Shown: positions 7,455 to 18,158, counted from the stretch's first letter. The stretch: 39,657 nt of DNA from Gammaproteobacteria bacterium (GCA_030038645.1 JASHSR010000110.1:1-39657), one strand, 5' to 3'. The notes: generated from the letters alone by a model not told the origin. Made by a program: numbers and translations.

Positions 7455-7832
7455 ACTCGACCTCCTATTAAGCTCAGTATCGCCGGCGGCCGAGCAATGG
7501 CTGGGCCGGCGCAGCCATCCCCCACGCAACGTCGGGCCTTACAGGTCTATTGGACGTGCGACTGGTCGATAGGCTCTGATTCGTTGATGCTATCACCGAA
7601 TCCATTTCGACCCCAAGATGGTCCCGAATCTCGGTCGCGGGTCGTTTTCACGGCGCGTCTGTCCAAGCTGACTCACAACGCGCTGATGCGGCGGGCCAGG
7701 CGGTCGAAGGCAGCGCCATCGGTCCGGTGGGGGCGCCCGGCGACCGGCGCCGTGGCTGTTTGACTGCTGTGTCGCCCGGTGGCACGCTTGCGCGAATTCA
7801 ACAATGTCGCCGGAGAAGCGCAGAGGGGCGCC

Positions 7833-8621
7833 ATGTTGTCGTATCGTCATGCCCCGACAGCTATTGTCCTGCTATCCACAGCGCTCGTCGCCGCCACGGC
7901 GCAGCCGGTACCGGTGCCTCCCGGCGCCAATACCAATCCTCCCGGCCGCGCGGCGCTCGTGCCGAATATGAGTTGTGGGCAGTCGTACTCGCCGACATGG
8001 GACAGTTGCATAGGCGCGGTCAGATATCCGAATGGCAACGTCTATCGCGGCGAATACCACCACGGGATGCGCGACGGTTTCGGTTTCATCGTCATCAACG
8101 CTCACGGCGTTTCCGACAAAAACAACATACTTTCAAATGAGCGATCGATCTACGCCGGCGAGTTCCATGACGACAGGCTCAATGGCCGTGGAGTCTGGTT
8201 CACGATCGGCGGAGCGGGATATTCGGGGACATTCAAGGACAACATTCCGCAGTCCGACGTGCGGCAAAGGAATTGCGGCGGCGACCCGGCTTCGTGGAGC
8301 AATTGCGTTGCAGCGATTCGCTACGGGAACGGGAATCTCTACCGTGGGGAATTCATGCACGGCCACCGGGATGGGATCGGCATGCTGGAGATTCACGCGA
8401 CGGGCGTCCCTGATGATCGAAATATTCGCACGCCAGCGCCGGGGATCTACGTTGGCGAATTCCAGGACGATCGACTGAACGGACGAGGAATGATCTTCAT
8501 TCCAGGGGGCGGCTTCTACGGCAGCTTCAAGAATAACGTATTGATGCCCACGGCCCACGCCGCTCTTACGCAAGCGGGCCCGAGCGGACGGGCGGGTGCG
8601 ACGCGGCGTGCCGGTGGCTAA
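7833..8621 (+). CDS. Secreted MORN-repeat protein (internally duplicated)
   Basis: Signal-like N-terminus MLSYRHAPTAIVLLSTALVAATAQP. Repeated YRGEYHHGMRDGFG / YAGEFHDDRLNGRG / YSGTFKDN units (MORN consensus YxGxxxxGxxxGxG). ATG 7833 with GAGGGG upstream. Confidence 0.8.
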   Translation: MLSYRHAPTAIVLLSTALVAATAQPVPVPPGANTNPPGRAALVPNMSCGQSYSPTWDSCIGAVRYPNGNVYRGEYHHGMRDGFGFIVINAHGVSDKNNILSNERSIYAGEFHDDRLNGRGVWFTIGGAGYSGTFKDNIPQSDVRQRNCGGDPASWSNCVAAIRYGNGNLYRGEFMHGHRDGIGMLEIHATGVPDDRNIRTPAPGIYVGEFQDDRLNGRGMIFIPGGGFYGSFKNNVLMPTAHAALTQAGPSGRAGATRRAGG

Positions 8622-9067
8622 TTTCCACGGCTCTTCCGGTGATCGAACCACATCGCTTCCAGCTTATTTCCATCTGGATCGAATACGAATGCGCCGTAGT
8701 ACCCAGGGTCGTAGTCCGGCCGATATCCAGGTGCGCCGTTGTCGGCCCCGCCGGCGGACAGAGCTGCTGCGTAGAAATCATCCACCGCGGTTGCATGGGA
8801 AGCGTGAAACGCAACGTGCACGCCGCTGCCTGGGTGCGGTGCTGCGCCTCCGACGGGTACGTTCGTCCACAGCTCGGGAAAGTGCAGGCCCCATCCGAGG
8901 GATGTGATTCGTCCTTCCTCCTTCACCTCGTAGAGGAGCTTATACCCGAGGGTGGACAGGACGGCGCTATAGAATCGTCTCGAACGCTCGATGTCACTGA
9001 CGCCGACCGAGACGTGATAGATAGCCCGGACTTTGCCTTGATCTGCAAAAGCGTCCATGGTGGTCAT
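8618..9067 (-). CDS. VOC family protein (glyoxalase/dioxygenase fold)
   Basis: 149 aa. HVSVGVSDIERSRRFYSAVL and FVFDPDGNKLEA motifs. Confidence 0.85.
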   Translation of the reverse strand: MTTMDAFADQGKVRAIYHVSVGVSDIERSRRFYSAVLSTLGYKLLYEVKEEGRITSLGWGLHFPELWTNVPVGGAAPHPGSGVHVAFHASHATAVDDFYAAALSAGGADNGAPGYRPDYDPGYYGAFVFDPDGNKLEAMWFDHRKSRGN

Positions 9068-9105
9068 CCCTTCTCGATTTCATCGAGCGTGGTCGGCTGC
9101 CGGGA

Positions 9106-9360
9106 CTATTCATTCAAGGCTCGATCGATCGCCGCCAGCAGCGCTTTACGTTGCTTGATCGTGTTCACCGGATAACGGTCGAAATCGTTGCGCCTGCTGA
9201 TGTCGGCGAATACCCCAGCCGGGTCCTCGTGAAAGTGCAGAAAGGACTTGGACTTCCTGTAGAAGATTCCAAGTCCTCTCTCTTTGATTCCCGGCCTCAA
9301 TCGGATCTGATCAAGCAAATCTGAAAGCTGCCGCAGAGTATCTTTGCCTGCATGCTTCAC
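9106..9360 (-). CDS. Small hypothetical protein (84 aa)
   Basis: Clean ORF in a locally lower-GC patch with a balanced, non-Arg/Ala-biased composition. Co-directional with the downstream VOC gene. No family recognised. Confidence 0.55.
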   Translation of the reverse strand: MKHAGKDTLRQLSDLLDQIRLRPGIKERGLGIFYRKSKSFLHFHEDPAGVFADISRRNDFDRYPVNTIKQRKALLAAIDRALNE

Positions 9361-9483
9361 GGCGGATACCCAAGGTAGCGATATAAGAATCGCCGGTCAA
9401 CTCCGAGCGCCCGGCGCTCTCACTCATCCATGAGAAAGGCCGGGAAGGGCAGTAGATCGCTTGGGCGTTGCGCCGTGTTGCCG

Positions 9484-10959
9484 CTATGGCTTCCGAGATT
9501 CGGCGGTCGCGATGAACTGCGTCCGATCCCTCGGAGGCTCCGTCCAGCCTCCGCCGAGCGCCTCGTAAAGGTGGACGACAGCCTGCATGCGGAAAAGCCT
9601 CACCTGGGCGAGCTCGTCTCTCGCGCCGAATAGAGTTTGCTGGGCCTGGAGCACGTTGAGCAAATCGGCTGCTCCCTCGTTGTACTGCAGCTGGGAGATC
9701 CGGAATGCCTCCCCGGCCTCGCTCACCTCCCGACGGAGGAGGCGTTCCTCACTCGCGTAATTCGTCACTTGGCCGAGGGCGGTCTCTACGTCCTCGTAGG
9801 CGTTGAGAACGACGCTCTGATAGCTTGCCACGAGCTGCTGCTGGGTCGCGAAGGCGAGATTCCTCTGTCCGATCAGCTTGCCGCCGGCGAATATCGTCTG
9901 TACGAGTTGAGCGCCTGCCTCCCAGAGGAAGCTCGGTCCATGAACCAGCGCATTGATCGCAGCACTGCCGAAACCCGCGCTGCCACTCAGAGAGAATTGG
10001 GGGAGAAACGCGGCACGCGCCGCCTGGACGTTGGCGTGCGCAGCCGCCAAATTGGCCTCCGCAGCCGCCACGTCGGGCCGGCGCAACAGGAGCTGTGAAG
10101 GGGTGCCCGCGGCGACGGCCGGCACCTGAATCCCGTCCAAGCTTCTGGCCTCGACGCGGAAGTCCTCGGGGGGGCGTCCCAAGAGGACGGCGAGCGCGGC
10201 TCGGGCCTCGAGCTCTTGCTCCTCGAGCGCCGGAACGGCTGCTTGCGCCGACTCAATCTGCGCCTGCTCCTGCGCCAAGTCGAGATTGGAGGCCGTGCCC
10301 GCGGCGACCTTGACCTTCACGACGTTGAGGATTCCGTTAATGGCCGCGATGTCCTCGTTGGCTATCGCGATCTGCTCTCTCAACGCAAGAATGTCGAAGT
10401 AGGTATCCGCGACGGTCGCCGTCACCGTCAACGCGACAGCTTGCTGCGCGAAGCGCGATGACTCGAGAGCTTCCCTTGCCGAGCGAAGGTTGTCGCGCGC
10501 GAGTCCCCAGACATCGAGCTCATACGTCGCTCCGAGATTCAGGCCGAAGGAGTCGAGAGTGGAACCGGCCGGGGTATTGCTCGACGCTGCGGCCGACCCA
10601 GCCCCCGCGCGGTCAGCGTCCGCCTGGGCATCGATCAGGGGAAAGAGCGCAGACCGCTGAATGGTGACCTCGGAGCGAGCCTCCAGCGTGCTCGCGGCCG
10701 CGATCGCCAGATCACGATTGCCCGCCTGTGCCTGAGCAATGAGCGTCGAGAGCTCGGGACTCCCGAATCCTTGCCACCATCCCGCCTGCGGCCATACGGG
10801 TGCGGACGCCGCGGAATGGCCGATGAACGCCTTCGGCACGAATCGCGCCGTCAGCGCCTGCGGCGGCGCGGTCGCGCACCCACAGAGGCAAACTGCCGCG
10901 ATCGCGATCGCAGAGCCCGACGATCGAAGGTGTCTCGGCGGATGCGATGATCTATTCAT
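9484..10959 (-). CDS. Efflux outer-membrane factor lipoprotein, NodT/TolC family
   Basis: Lipobox AAVCLCGC after ATG 10959. Two-repeat TolC-like sequence. The start overlaps the permease stop (ATGAATAG). Confidence 0.9.
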   Translation of the reverse strand: MNRSSHPPRHLRSSGSAIAIAAVCLCGCATAPPQALTARFVPKAFIGHSAASAPVWPQAGWWQGFGSPELSTLIAQAQAGNRDLAIAAASTLEARSEVTIQRSALFPLIDAQADADRAGAGSAAASSNTPAGSTLDSFGLNLGATYELDVWGLARDNLRSAREALESSRFAQQAVALTVTATVADTYFDILALREQIAIANEDIAAINGILNVVKVKVAAGTASNLDLAQEQAQIESAQAAVPALEEQELEARAALAVLLGRPPEDFRVEARSLDGIQVPAVAAGTPSQLLLRRPDVAAAEANLAAAHANVQAARAAFLPQFSLSGSAGFGSAAINALVHGPSFLWEAGAQLVQTIFAGGKLIGQRNLAFATQQQLVASYQSVVLNAYEDVETALGQVTNYASEERLLRREVSEAGEAFRISQLQYNEGAADLLNVLQAQQTLFGARDELAQVRLFRMQAVVHLYEALGGGWTEPPRDRTQFIATAESRKP

Positions 10960-13438
10960 AGCGGAGAGTGCGGGCGGGGCTCGTGCGAGCCAGGCGCACG
11001 GTATGCGCCGAGACCGTCGCCCACGCGATGAGCAATGCGGCAACGCCTGCGGCCAGGAAGTAGAGCGGGTCGAGCGGGATGCGATACGCGAAGCCCGCGA
11101 GCCAGCGCCGCAGATAAAAGTAGGCTACCGGCCAGGCGACGACGTTGGCCATCAGTACGGGCACGGACATGCGCCACAGCATCAGCTTCACGATGTCGCC
11201 CGTGCACGCACCCGAAACCTTGCGAAGACCGATCTCCTTGGCCCTCCTCTCCGCCGAGAAGACCGCCAGGCCGTACAGACCCAAGCACCCGATCAGAATG
11301 GCGATGGTGACGAACACGCCGAACAGGGTGCCCTGGCGGTCGTCCTGCTGGTAAAGCTGGCCGTAGGTCTGATCGAGGAAATAGCGTTGAATGGCGACCG
11401 TCGGCACAAAGGCGTGCCACGTCCGGTCTATGAGGCTCAGCGTCTGCAGAGCGTTCCGAGGCCGCAAGCGCACCGAGAGGCTCATCGGGTAATTCGGTAT
11501 GTAGATGTAGACCGTGGGCGAGACCGATTGTCGCGCGCCTTGAACCTTGGTGTCCGCCAGAACGCCCACGATGTGAACGTGATTGTGATTGTATTCGATG
11601 GTCTTTCCGGCCGCTTCCCGTGGAGTGAAGCCCAGCCTCCGAGCGGCGGCGGCATTGATCAGGACATCGCGACCTTCATTTCCGGGATCGCCGCCGGTCA
11701 CGATTCCGATGCTGCTGAGTCGATCATCGCCACGCGAGACAGATAACGGGCGGCCCGCCACGAGTGGAATGCCATAGGTTGCCGGGTAGTCGGGACCAAT
11801 GACCACGGTATTGAGGGTCACCAGATCGGGCTGTCCCGGAACATGAATCGCCGAAAGCATCTGACCGGGCTCGAACGGTACGATGTCCGAGAGGCCGACG
11901 CTCGCCACCCCTGGGATCGTGCGAAGAGCGTCGGCAAAGTCCTGCAGTCGCCTGCCTTCGAGGTCGCTGTTTGCGATGACCACGATGTCGTCGTGGCGGA
12001 AGCCCAGGTTGATGTGACGCGCGTAGCTGATTTGGTTGAACACCACGCCGGCCGCGACGCCCAATCCGATGGAGACCGCGAACTGAGCCATCACGAGAAG
12101 ATTGCGGAGGCTCCAGGGCTCGGCCCGGCGAAGACCGTCGGTCCGGAAGGCAGCGATCGGGCGGAACCCGGACAGCACCAGCGCCGGATAGCTGCCGCTG
12201 ACGAGGCCCGTGACGACGGCGATGCCGACGAGCAAGAGAATCAATCCGCCGTCGGATGCGTAGCGCCAGCCGATCGGGTGACCGAGGAAGCGGTCGAGCA
12301 GCGGCAGCAGCATTTCTCCCGCAGCGAGCGCGAGCGCCAGGGATAAGAGTGCCGTCAGGACCGCCTCCCCCAGGAACTGAACGATCAGCTGCCGCCGGCT
12401 CGCGCCCACGATTTTGCGCAATGCAATCTCGCGTGCCCGTACCAAGGCGACGGCGGTCGCGAGATTCATGAAGTTGAAGCACGCACTCAAAAGGATCAGT
12501 ACGCCGACGGCTGCGACACCGTAGATCGTCGTCCAGCTTCCAGGGGGCGTCGCATTGAACCTCCACTGCGCGGAATCGAGGTGTACGCGGGTGAAGGGCG
12601 TGAGGTGAACGCTGTAGGCTTGGCTGCCGCGGATTCGAAGCCCGTACTTGCGCAACATCGGAGTCACGCTCCTGTCCAAGAGCGGCGCCATGCGGGCGAC
12701 CACGACCGCAGGGTCCACACCCGGCGCGAGGGTGACGTAGCCCCAGCCGTTCTCGCTGAACCAGTCGTGTTTCAGCTGGTCCCAGGATCGATCCGCGCGC
12801 GACGTGTCGGGAATGAACACGTCGCCTGTCAGCTGAGTGTCATGCGGTAGATTTTTCACGATGCCAGTCACCCTGAGCGCGACAGTCTCGTTCTGGCATG
12901 CGGTATTCTTTGCGTCGCAAGCGGCCGTGCTGGCGGTCAAAAAGCGCCCCATGGGATCTGCGGCGCCGAAGTACTTCTTCACCGCGGATTGCGAGAGGAC
13001 AACGGACTCCGGTTGGCGGAACACGGTGTCCGGGCTTCCCGCGACGAGAGGGAGCCGCATGATCCCGAAGAAGTTCGGGTCCACTACGTTCACCGTCTGC
13101 GGGAACTGTCGATCGCCGCTCGTTAGCGTCAATGGCTGCCAGTGTAATTGCGTCATCCCGGTGACACCCGGAATCTCGTCTCGCATCGCGGGCAGCATTG
13201 GATAGGGGATGACGGCGAGCGGTAGCGGCGGCCGGTCTGGCAGGCGGATGGTCAATTCCACTCGGTACAAATCCTGCGTGCCCGGAATCCACTTGTCGTA
13301 GGAGAGCTCGTCGCGGATGAACAAGACGACAAAGAGCACGCACGTGAGCCCGATCGCGAGGCCGACGATGTTGATGACGCTGTAAAGCTTGTGCCGGACG
13401 AGATTTCGCCACGCGACCGTCAGGTAATTGCGGAACAT
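10952..13438 (-). CDS. ABC transporter permease, double FtsX/MacB-periplasmic-domain type (~828 aa)
   Basis: N-terminus MFRNYLTVAWRNLVRHKLYSVINIVGLAIGL is typical of the 800-aa FtsX-family permeases. ATG 13438 with GAGGAG 6 nt upstream. Confidence 0.9.
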   Translation of the reverse strand: MFRNYLTVAWRNLVRHKLYSVINIVGLAIGLTCVLFVVLFIRDELSYDKWIPGTQDLYRVELTIRLPDRPPLPLAVIPYPMLPAMRDEIPGVTGMTQLHWQPLTLTSGDRQFPQTVNVVDPNFFGIMRLPLVAGSPDTVFRQPESVVLSQSAVKKYFGAADPMGRFLTASTAACDAKNTACQNETVALRVTGIVKNLPHDTQLTGDVFIPDTSRADRSWDQLKHDWFSENGWGYVTLAPGVDPAVVVARMAPLLDRSVTPMLRKYGLRIRGSQAYSVHLTPFTRVHLDSAQWRFNATPPGSWTTIYGVAAVGVLILLSACFNFMNLATAVALVRAREIALRKIVGASRRQLIVQFLGEAVLTALLSLALALAAGEMLLPLLDRFLGHPIGWRYASDGGLILLLVGIAVVTGLVSGSYPALVLSGFRPIAAFRTDGLRRAEPWSLRNLLVMAQFAVSIGLGVAAGVVFNQISYARHINLGFRHDDIVVIANSDLEGRRLQDFADALRTIPGVASVGLSDIVPFEPGQMLSAIHVPGQPDLVTLNTVVIGPDYPATYGIPLVAGRPLSVSRGDDRLSSIGIVTGGDPGNEGRDVLINAAAARRLGFTPREAAGKTIEYNHNHVHIVGVLADTKVQGARQSVSPTVYIYIPNYPMSLSVRLRPRNALQTLSLIDRTWHAFVPTVAIQRYFLDQTYGQLYQQDDRQGTLFGVFVTIAILIGCLGLYGLAVFSAERRAKEIGLRKVSGACTGDIVKLMLWRMSVPVLMANVVAWPVAYFYLRRWLAGFAYRIPLDPLYFLAAGVAALLIAWATVSAHTVRLARTSPARTLRYE

Positions 13439-13504
13439 CACGCACTCCTCGACGCCGTGGCAGCGTCTTCCGGCGGTGACGGCGCTTCTCTTCCCACCCG
13501 CGGC

Positions 13505-15985
13505 TTACTCGTAGCGCAGTGCATGAATCGGGCTCGCCCGCGCGAGGCGCAGCGTGTGCGCGAACACCGTGGCCCAGGCAATGATCAGCGCGACCGCGCC
13601 GCCGGCGAGGAAGTAAATCGGGCTGAGAGAGATCCGATAGGCATACCCCTCGAGCCAGCGAGCCAGGTAGTGGTAAGCGACGGGCCACGCGACGACATTC
13701 GCGACGAGCACCGGCACCGAGATCCTCCACAACATCAGTCTCAGGATGTCATGCGTCCGGGCGCCGGCGATCTTGCGCACGCCGATCTCCTTCGTACGCC
13801 GCTCCGCTGTGAATACCGCGAGCCCGAACAGACCCAGACAGGCGATGAAGATCGCGACGCCGACGAACAGTCCCAGCATCTCGCCCTGCTTCTCGTCCGG
13901 CTGGAACAAGCTATCGAAAGCGTCGATCAGGTAATAGCGGTTGATCGCGACGTCGGGAGCGAATGAGCGCCACGTTCGATCGATGAAGGAGAGCGTGTTC
14001 GCCGCGTGATCGCCGCGGACTCGAATGGACAGCATTCGCATCATGTGCGGATCGGCCGTGTCGAAGTAGTACAGCGTCGGCTGTACCGGGTCTCGCATGC
14101 CTTCGAGCTTCGCATCGCTCAGAACCCCGACGATCGTCGCCGTGGAGTGACCGTTGATCGTCACCCGCCTACCCACCGCATCGACGGGCGAGAAACCCAG
14201 GCGGTGTGCGCCTGTGGCATTGATGAGCACACTGCCTCCAACGCCGCGGCCCGTGAGGTCCTCACCCCGCTGGTCCGACAGGAATCGGCCCGCGAGCAGC
14301 TTGATGCCATACAGCGACGGAAACTCAGGTCCAATGTTGATGATCTGCGCCGGAACGGAGGCCGGCTCACCTGAGGTCCGAATCTGATCGTTATCCACAT
14401 ACGAGAGGTCGAAAGGAACGGCATTCGAGTACGCGACGCCGACGATCTGCGGATCCAGACGGAGCGAAGCAGCGAAGCTTTCCCGTTGGGATGGCGTGAG
14501 CCGGCCAACGCCTCGAACGATGACGATGCCATCGCGTTCGAAGCCGAGAGGCACTTTGCGCGCAAAGTCGACCTGCCTGAACACGACGAGGGCTACGACG
14601 CCGAGCCCGATCGAGATGGCGAACTGAGCGACGACCAGCGCCGAGCGCAACAATCCAGGACTGCTTGAGCTGGAGACGCCCGACCTCAGCGTCCGCGCCG
14701 GACGGAACCCGGAGAGTACGACCGCTGGATAAAGACCGCTTACCAGCCCGACCGCGATAGCGCCTGCAGCGAGAGCCGCGAGCAGTTTCCAGTCAGCGAG
14801 ATAGCGAAGTGCGATGGGCCCTCCCAGGAAGCGATCATAGAGAGGCAGCAGGATCTCCACTAGAGACAGGGCGATCGCAAGCGACACGACGGAGAACAGC
14901 ACTGCTTCCACGAGAAGCTGCACGACGAGCTCCGCTCGCTTCGCGCCCTCGACCTTGCGCACGGCGATCTCGCGGGCTCGAAGTGTCGCCCGTGCGGTCG
15001 CGAGGTTCGTGAAGTTACAACAGGCGATTAGAACGATCAGCAGCGCAATCGCCCCCAGTCCGTATACGGTCGTCCAGCTCCCGCCGGGCGTCATTCCGAG
15101 GTACTGGTCGCTCGTGAGATGAGCGTCTCGGAACGGCGTCAAGCGGTACTGCTCGAACTCACTCATGCGCAGATCGACGCCCAGTTTCCGTGGGTCGAAG
15201 GACCTGTCCAGTATCGCCTTCAGGTCTGCGAGGACGGCTGCCGGATCGGCGCCCGGCGTCAGGTTGACATAGCCGTAATCGTCGTCGCCACTGGTCCAGT
15301 CGTACATCTTCTCAAACGGCGACATGCCGTCTGCGCGCGACGTGTTCGGCACGACGAGGTCCGCCACCAGCTGCGTGTTGTGTGGAAGATCCCGGAGCAC
15401 TCCGGTGACGATGAGTGGGTAGACCGCGGAGAGACACGCGCTGTCGTTGGCACCACAAGCGCTGTTGTCGTCCGGACCGAGGGTCAAGGTCTTTCCGATC
15501 GGATCGACAGCTCCGAAGTACTTCCGCGCCGTGCTCTGGGACAGTACGACGGAATCGGGCTGGGCGAGCGCGCGCGCCGGATCACCCTCCACGAGCGGTA
15601 GCTCGATGACCCGAAAGAAATTCGGATCGACGAAAGTGACGGTTTCTCGAAATTGACGGTCGCCGATGTTCGCCGTCATCTGCTCGGGCATTACGTGAGT
15701 CACCGCATTCACCTGCGGGATCTGCCCTGGGATCGCCGAGACGACCGGAAACGGCGCCATGGCGAGAGGCGCCGGAGCGCGGCCCGGGATGTGAAAGGTG
15801 ACCTCGAGGCGATAGAGACTCCCGGTGTCCGGAATCCACCTGTCGTACGAGAGCTCGTCCCGAATGTACAGCGCGATCAGGATCGCCGCCGCCAAGCCGA
15901 TCGACAGCCCCGCGATGTTGATGAAGCTATAAAGCTTGTGATGCGCGAAGGCGCGTACGGCAGCGATGAGGTAGTGCCGGAGCAT
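13505..15985 (-). CDS. ABC transporter permease, double FtsX/MacB-periplasmic-domain type (paralogue, 826 aa)
   Basis: MLRHYLIAAVRAFAHHKLYSFINIAGLSIGL. Collinear similarity to the downstream permease over its full length. Confidence 0.9.
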   Translation of the reverse strand: MLRHYLIAAVRAFAHHKLYSFINIAGLSIGLAAAILIALYIRDELSYDRWIPDTGSLYRLEVTFHIPGRAPAPLAMAPFPVVSAIPGQIPQVNAVTHVMPEQMTANIGDRQFRETVTFVDPNFFRVIELPLVEGDPARALAQPDSVVLSQSTARKYFGAVDPIGKTLTLGPDDNSACGANDSACLSAVYPLIVTGVLRDLPHNTQLVADLVVPNTSRADGMSPFEKMYDWTSGDDDYGYVNLTPGADPAAVLADLKAILDRSFDPRKLGVDLRMSEFEQYRLTPFRDAHLTSDQYLGMTPGGSWTTVYGLGAIALLIVLIACCNFTNLATARATLRAREIAVRKVEGAKRAELVVQLLVEAVLFSVVSLAIALSLVEILLPLYDRFLGGPIALRYLADWKLLAALAAGAIAVGLVSGLYPAVVLSGFRPARTLRSGVSSSSSPGLLRSALVVAQFAISIGLGVVALVVFRQVDFARKVPLGFERDGIVIVRGVGRLTPSQRESFAASLRLDPQIVGVAYSNAVPFDLSYVDNDQIRTSGEPASVPAQIINIGPEFPSLYGIKLLAGRFLSDQRGEDLTGRGVGGSVLINATGAHRLGFSPVDAVGRRVTINGHSTATIVGVLSDAKLEGMRDPVQPTLYYFDTADPHMMRMLSIRVRGDHAANTLSFIDRTWRSFAPDVAINRYYLIDAFDSLFQPDEKQGEMLGLFVGVAIFIACLGLFGLAVFTAERRTKEIGVRKIAGARTHDILRLMLWRISVPVLVANVVAWPVAYHYLARWLEGYAYRISLSPIYFLAGGAVALIIAWATVFAHTLRLARASPIHALRYE

Positions 15986-16003
15986 TGTCCGAAACCGGCA
16001 GCT

Positions 16004-16690
16004 CTACGCAATCTGCCGGATGTTCTCGGTGACGACCGCCCCGTCGAGCAGGTTGACGACGCGGTGGGCGTACTCGGCGTGCGGCCGCGAGTGCGTCACC
16101 ATCACGACGGTCGTTCCTTTCGCGTTGAGCTCGGTGAGCAGCTGCATGACTTCCTCACCCGTCGCGGAGTCGAGATTTCCGGTGGGCTCATCCGCGAGCA
16201 GCAGCCGGGGCTGAGAGACCACGGCTCGGGCGATGGCGACGCGCTGCTGCTGGCCGCCGGAGAGCTGCTGCGGCCTGTGCTTGGCTCGGTGGGCGACTTT
16301 CATGCTCTCCAGCGTCTGGCGTACCCGAGCTTTGCGTTCCCGGGCGGAGACGTCTCGGTGATAGAGCAATGCGAGCTCTACGTTCTCGAAGACATTGAGC
16401 TCATCGACCAGATTGAAGCTCTGGAAGATGAAGCCGACACTGTTCTTGCGCAGCTCCGAGAGCTCGCCTTCCGACCAGCCGGCGATATTGCGGTCCGAGA
16501 ACCAGTATTCCCCGGCGGTAGGAGTGTCCAGCATGCCGACGATGTTGAGGAGCGTCGATTTGCCGCAGCCGGAGGGGCCCATCACGGCGACGAACTCCCC
16601 GGCGGCGATGTCCAGATCGACCTCGCGCAGCGCCGTCGTCTCGACATCTGTGGTGCGGTAGACCTTGGAAACGCGTTTGAGCGACAGCAT
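16004..16690 (-). CDS. ABC transporter ATP-binding protein (MacB/LolD-type ATPase)
   Basis: Walker A GPSGCGKS, signature LSGGQQQR, Walker [12 protein letters not shown] 16690 with GGGGAG upstream. Confidence 0.92.
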   Translation of the reverse strand: MLSLKRVSKVYRTTDVETTALREVDLDIAAGEFVAVMGPSGCGKSTLLNIVGMLDTPTAGEYWFSDRNIAGWSEGELSELRKNSVGFIFQSFNLVDELNVFENVELALLYHRDVSARERKARVRQTLESMKVAHRAKHRPQQLSGGQQQRVAIARAVVSQPRLLLADEPTGNLDSATGEEVMQLLTELNAKGTTVVMVTHSRPHAEYAHRVVNLLDGAVVTENIRQIA

Positions 16691-16709
16691 GCTCGGCTCC
16701 CCGTGAAGA

Positions 16710-17975
16710 TCAGTTCGAGTGGCTCGGCTTCTCGAGCTCGATACGGTCGACGTCCTTGAACCCTTGGTAACTCGAGATGACGACGCGCTCGCCCGGCTCG
16801 AGTCCCTGTAGAACCTCGACGTCATCGGGATTGCGCCGGCCGAGCTGGATATTTCGGCGTATCGCATACCGGCCAGCGGGTGTCAGGACGAACGCCCAGT
16901 TCCCGCCGGTGTCTTGATAGAAAGGCCCGTTCGGCAGCATCAGGGCGGTCGATGCGCCGCCGAGCTCCAATCTCGTGTCGATCGCCTGGCCGACCTGCAG
17001 GCCCTGCGGCGCCGGGCCCGAGAAGTGCAGGTCGACCTTGAAGGTTCCGTCGGATACCTGCGGGTGGATCATGACGATTTGCGCCTCGAGCTCGCGGCCT
17101 CCGACATCGAACCGCGCAATTTGCCCGAGCGCAACGCGCCCTATGTAGAACTCATCGACCAGCGCGGTGAGCTTGAAGCGGTCGAGGGAATCGACCTCGC
17201 CCAGCACGGTCCCGGCGGGCTTCGACTCCCCGACCTGGGCGTCGAGCGCGGTGAGCTGCCCGTTCATGGGCGCGCGAATGGTGAGGTCGTCGAGGCTGGC
17301 CTTGGCGGTCGCGATGTCGTCCCTCAGCGAGGCGAGCGTCTTGCCGAGCTGGGAAAGCTGGGCGGCGCGCACCCGCTGCTCGGCGTCGCGAGAGGCGATG
17401 GTGGCATCACGCAGCTCGAGCTCATAGCGGTATTGCTCCTGCTCTTGCGCGTAGAGCGAGGGGGCAATGGCCTTGCCATCCAACAGAATCTTGTCTCGGG
17501 CGAGATTGCTTCGCAGCACGGCGATCTGGTGCTGAGTGTCGAGCAGATCCCGCTGGTACTGGAACCGGGTCTGCTCGAGCTGGAGCCGGGTACTCTCGAT
17601 GGCGTTGATCTGGCTCGCGGTGCTGGCCTCGCGAGAGGTCACTTGCAGGCTCAAGGCGGCATTGGACAGCACGATGAGCGGCTGGCCCGCCTTCACGGTC
17701 GCGCCGTCCTCGGCGAGCACTTGCCTGACGACGCCTCCCTGCTCGGTCGTGAGGTAATTCGTCGTGAGCGGCGCCACCGTGGCGCGCACCGCGATGTAAT
17801 CCTCGAACTTGCCGCGCGTCACCGTTCCGATCGTCAGCTGATCCGCCGGGACTCGGTAGGTGCTGATACTCGCTCCGCGCAGCAGCCAGATCGCGATTCC
17901 CATGGCGAGGGCTCCGGCGAGCGCATGGGGACCGTAGCGACGCCAGAGGGGTGGGCGGGCGAGCCGCCTGTCCAT
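16710..17975 (-). CDS. HlyD-family periplasmic adaptor (membrane fusion protein)
   Basis: N-terminal TM segment (ALAGALAMGIAIWLL), coiled-coil-rich middle, beta-barrel C-terminus. Start placed at ATG 17975 because the predicted sigma-54 transcription start (~18081) leaves no leader for the ATG at 18080. Confidence 0.85.
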   Translation of the reverse strand: MDRRLARPPLWRRYGPHALAGALAMGIAIWLLRGASISTYRVPADQLTIGTVTRGKFEDYIAVRATVAPLTTNYLTTEQGGVVRQVLAEDGATVKAGQPLIVLSNAALSLQVTSREASTASQINAIESTRLQLEQTRFQYQRDLLDTQHQIAVLRSNLARDKILLDGKAIAPSLYAQEQEQYRYELELRDATIASRDAEQRVRAAQLSQLGKTLASLRDDIATAKASLDDLTIRAPMNGQLTALDAQVGESKPAGTVLGEVDSLDRFKLTALVDEFYIGRVALGQIARFDVGGRELEAQIVMIHPQVSDGTFKVDLHFSGPAPQGLQVGQAIDTRLELGGASTALMLPNGPFYQDTGGNWAFVLTPAGRYAIRRNIQLGRRNPDDVEVLQGLEPGERVVISSYQGFKDVDRIELEKPSHSN

Positions 17976-18091
17976 CGCATCGCCGGAGGGGAGCCCCGCC
18001 TGTCCGCCGCCACCCAATCGCCCGCTCGCAGAGGGAAGCGGGAGATCCCTGCGAGCTCGCTGATGCCCACCCCACGTCATGGCCGCAGGGT

Positions 18092-18107
18092 TGCAACGGC
18101 CATGCCA
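18092..18107 (-). promoter_or_regulatory. Sigma-54 (-24/-12) promoter facing the efflux operon
   Basis: The minus strand reads TGGCATGGCCGTTGCA against the consensus TGGCACG-N4-TTGCW, with GG and GC correctly spaced. It lies ~105 nt upstream of the adaptor start, and a divergent sigma-54 activator gene is adjacent. Confidence 0.7.
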
Positions 18108-18158
18108 TGGGCAGTCCTGAGTCTTTTCAATGGGTTATATACGCCCGTGGCGATGAGC

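Noticed and set aside
7780-7791. Sigma-54-like TGGCACGCTTGC upstream of the MORN gene
   Set aside because: The GG and GC elements are 9 nt apart instead of the required 12 (TGGCACG-N4-TTGC), so it does not fit a -24/-12 promoter.
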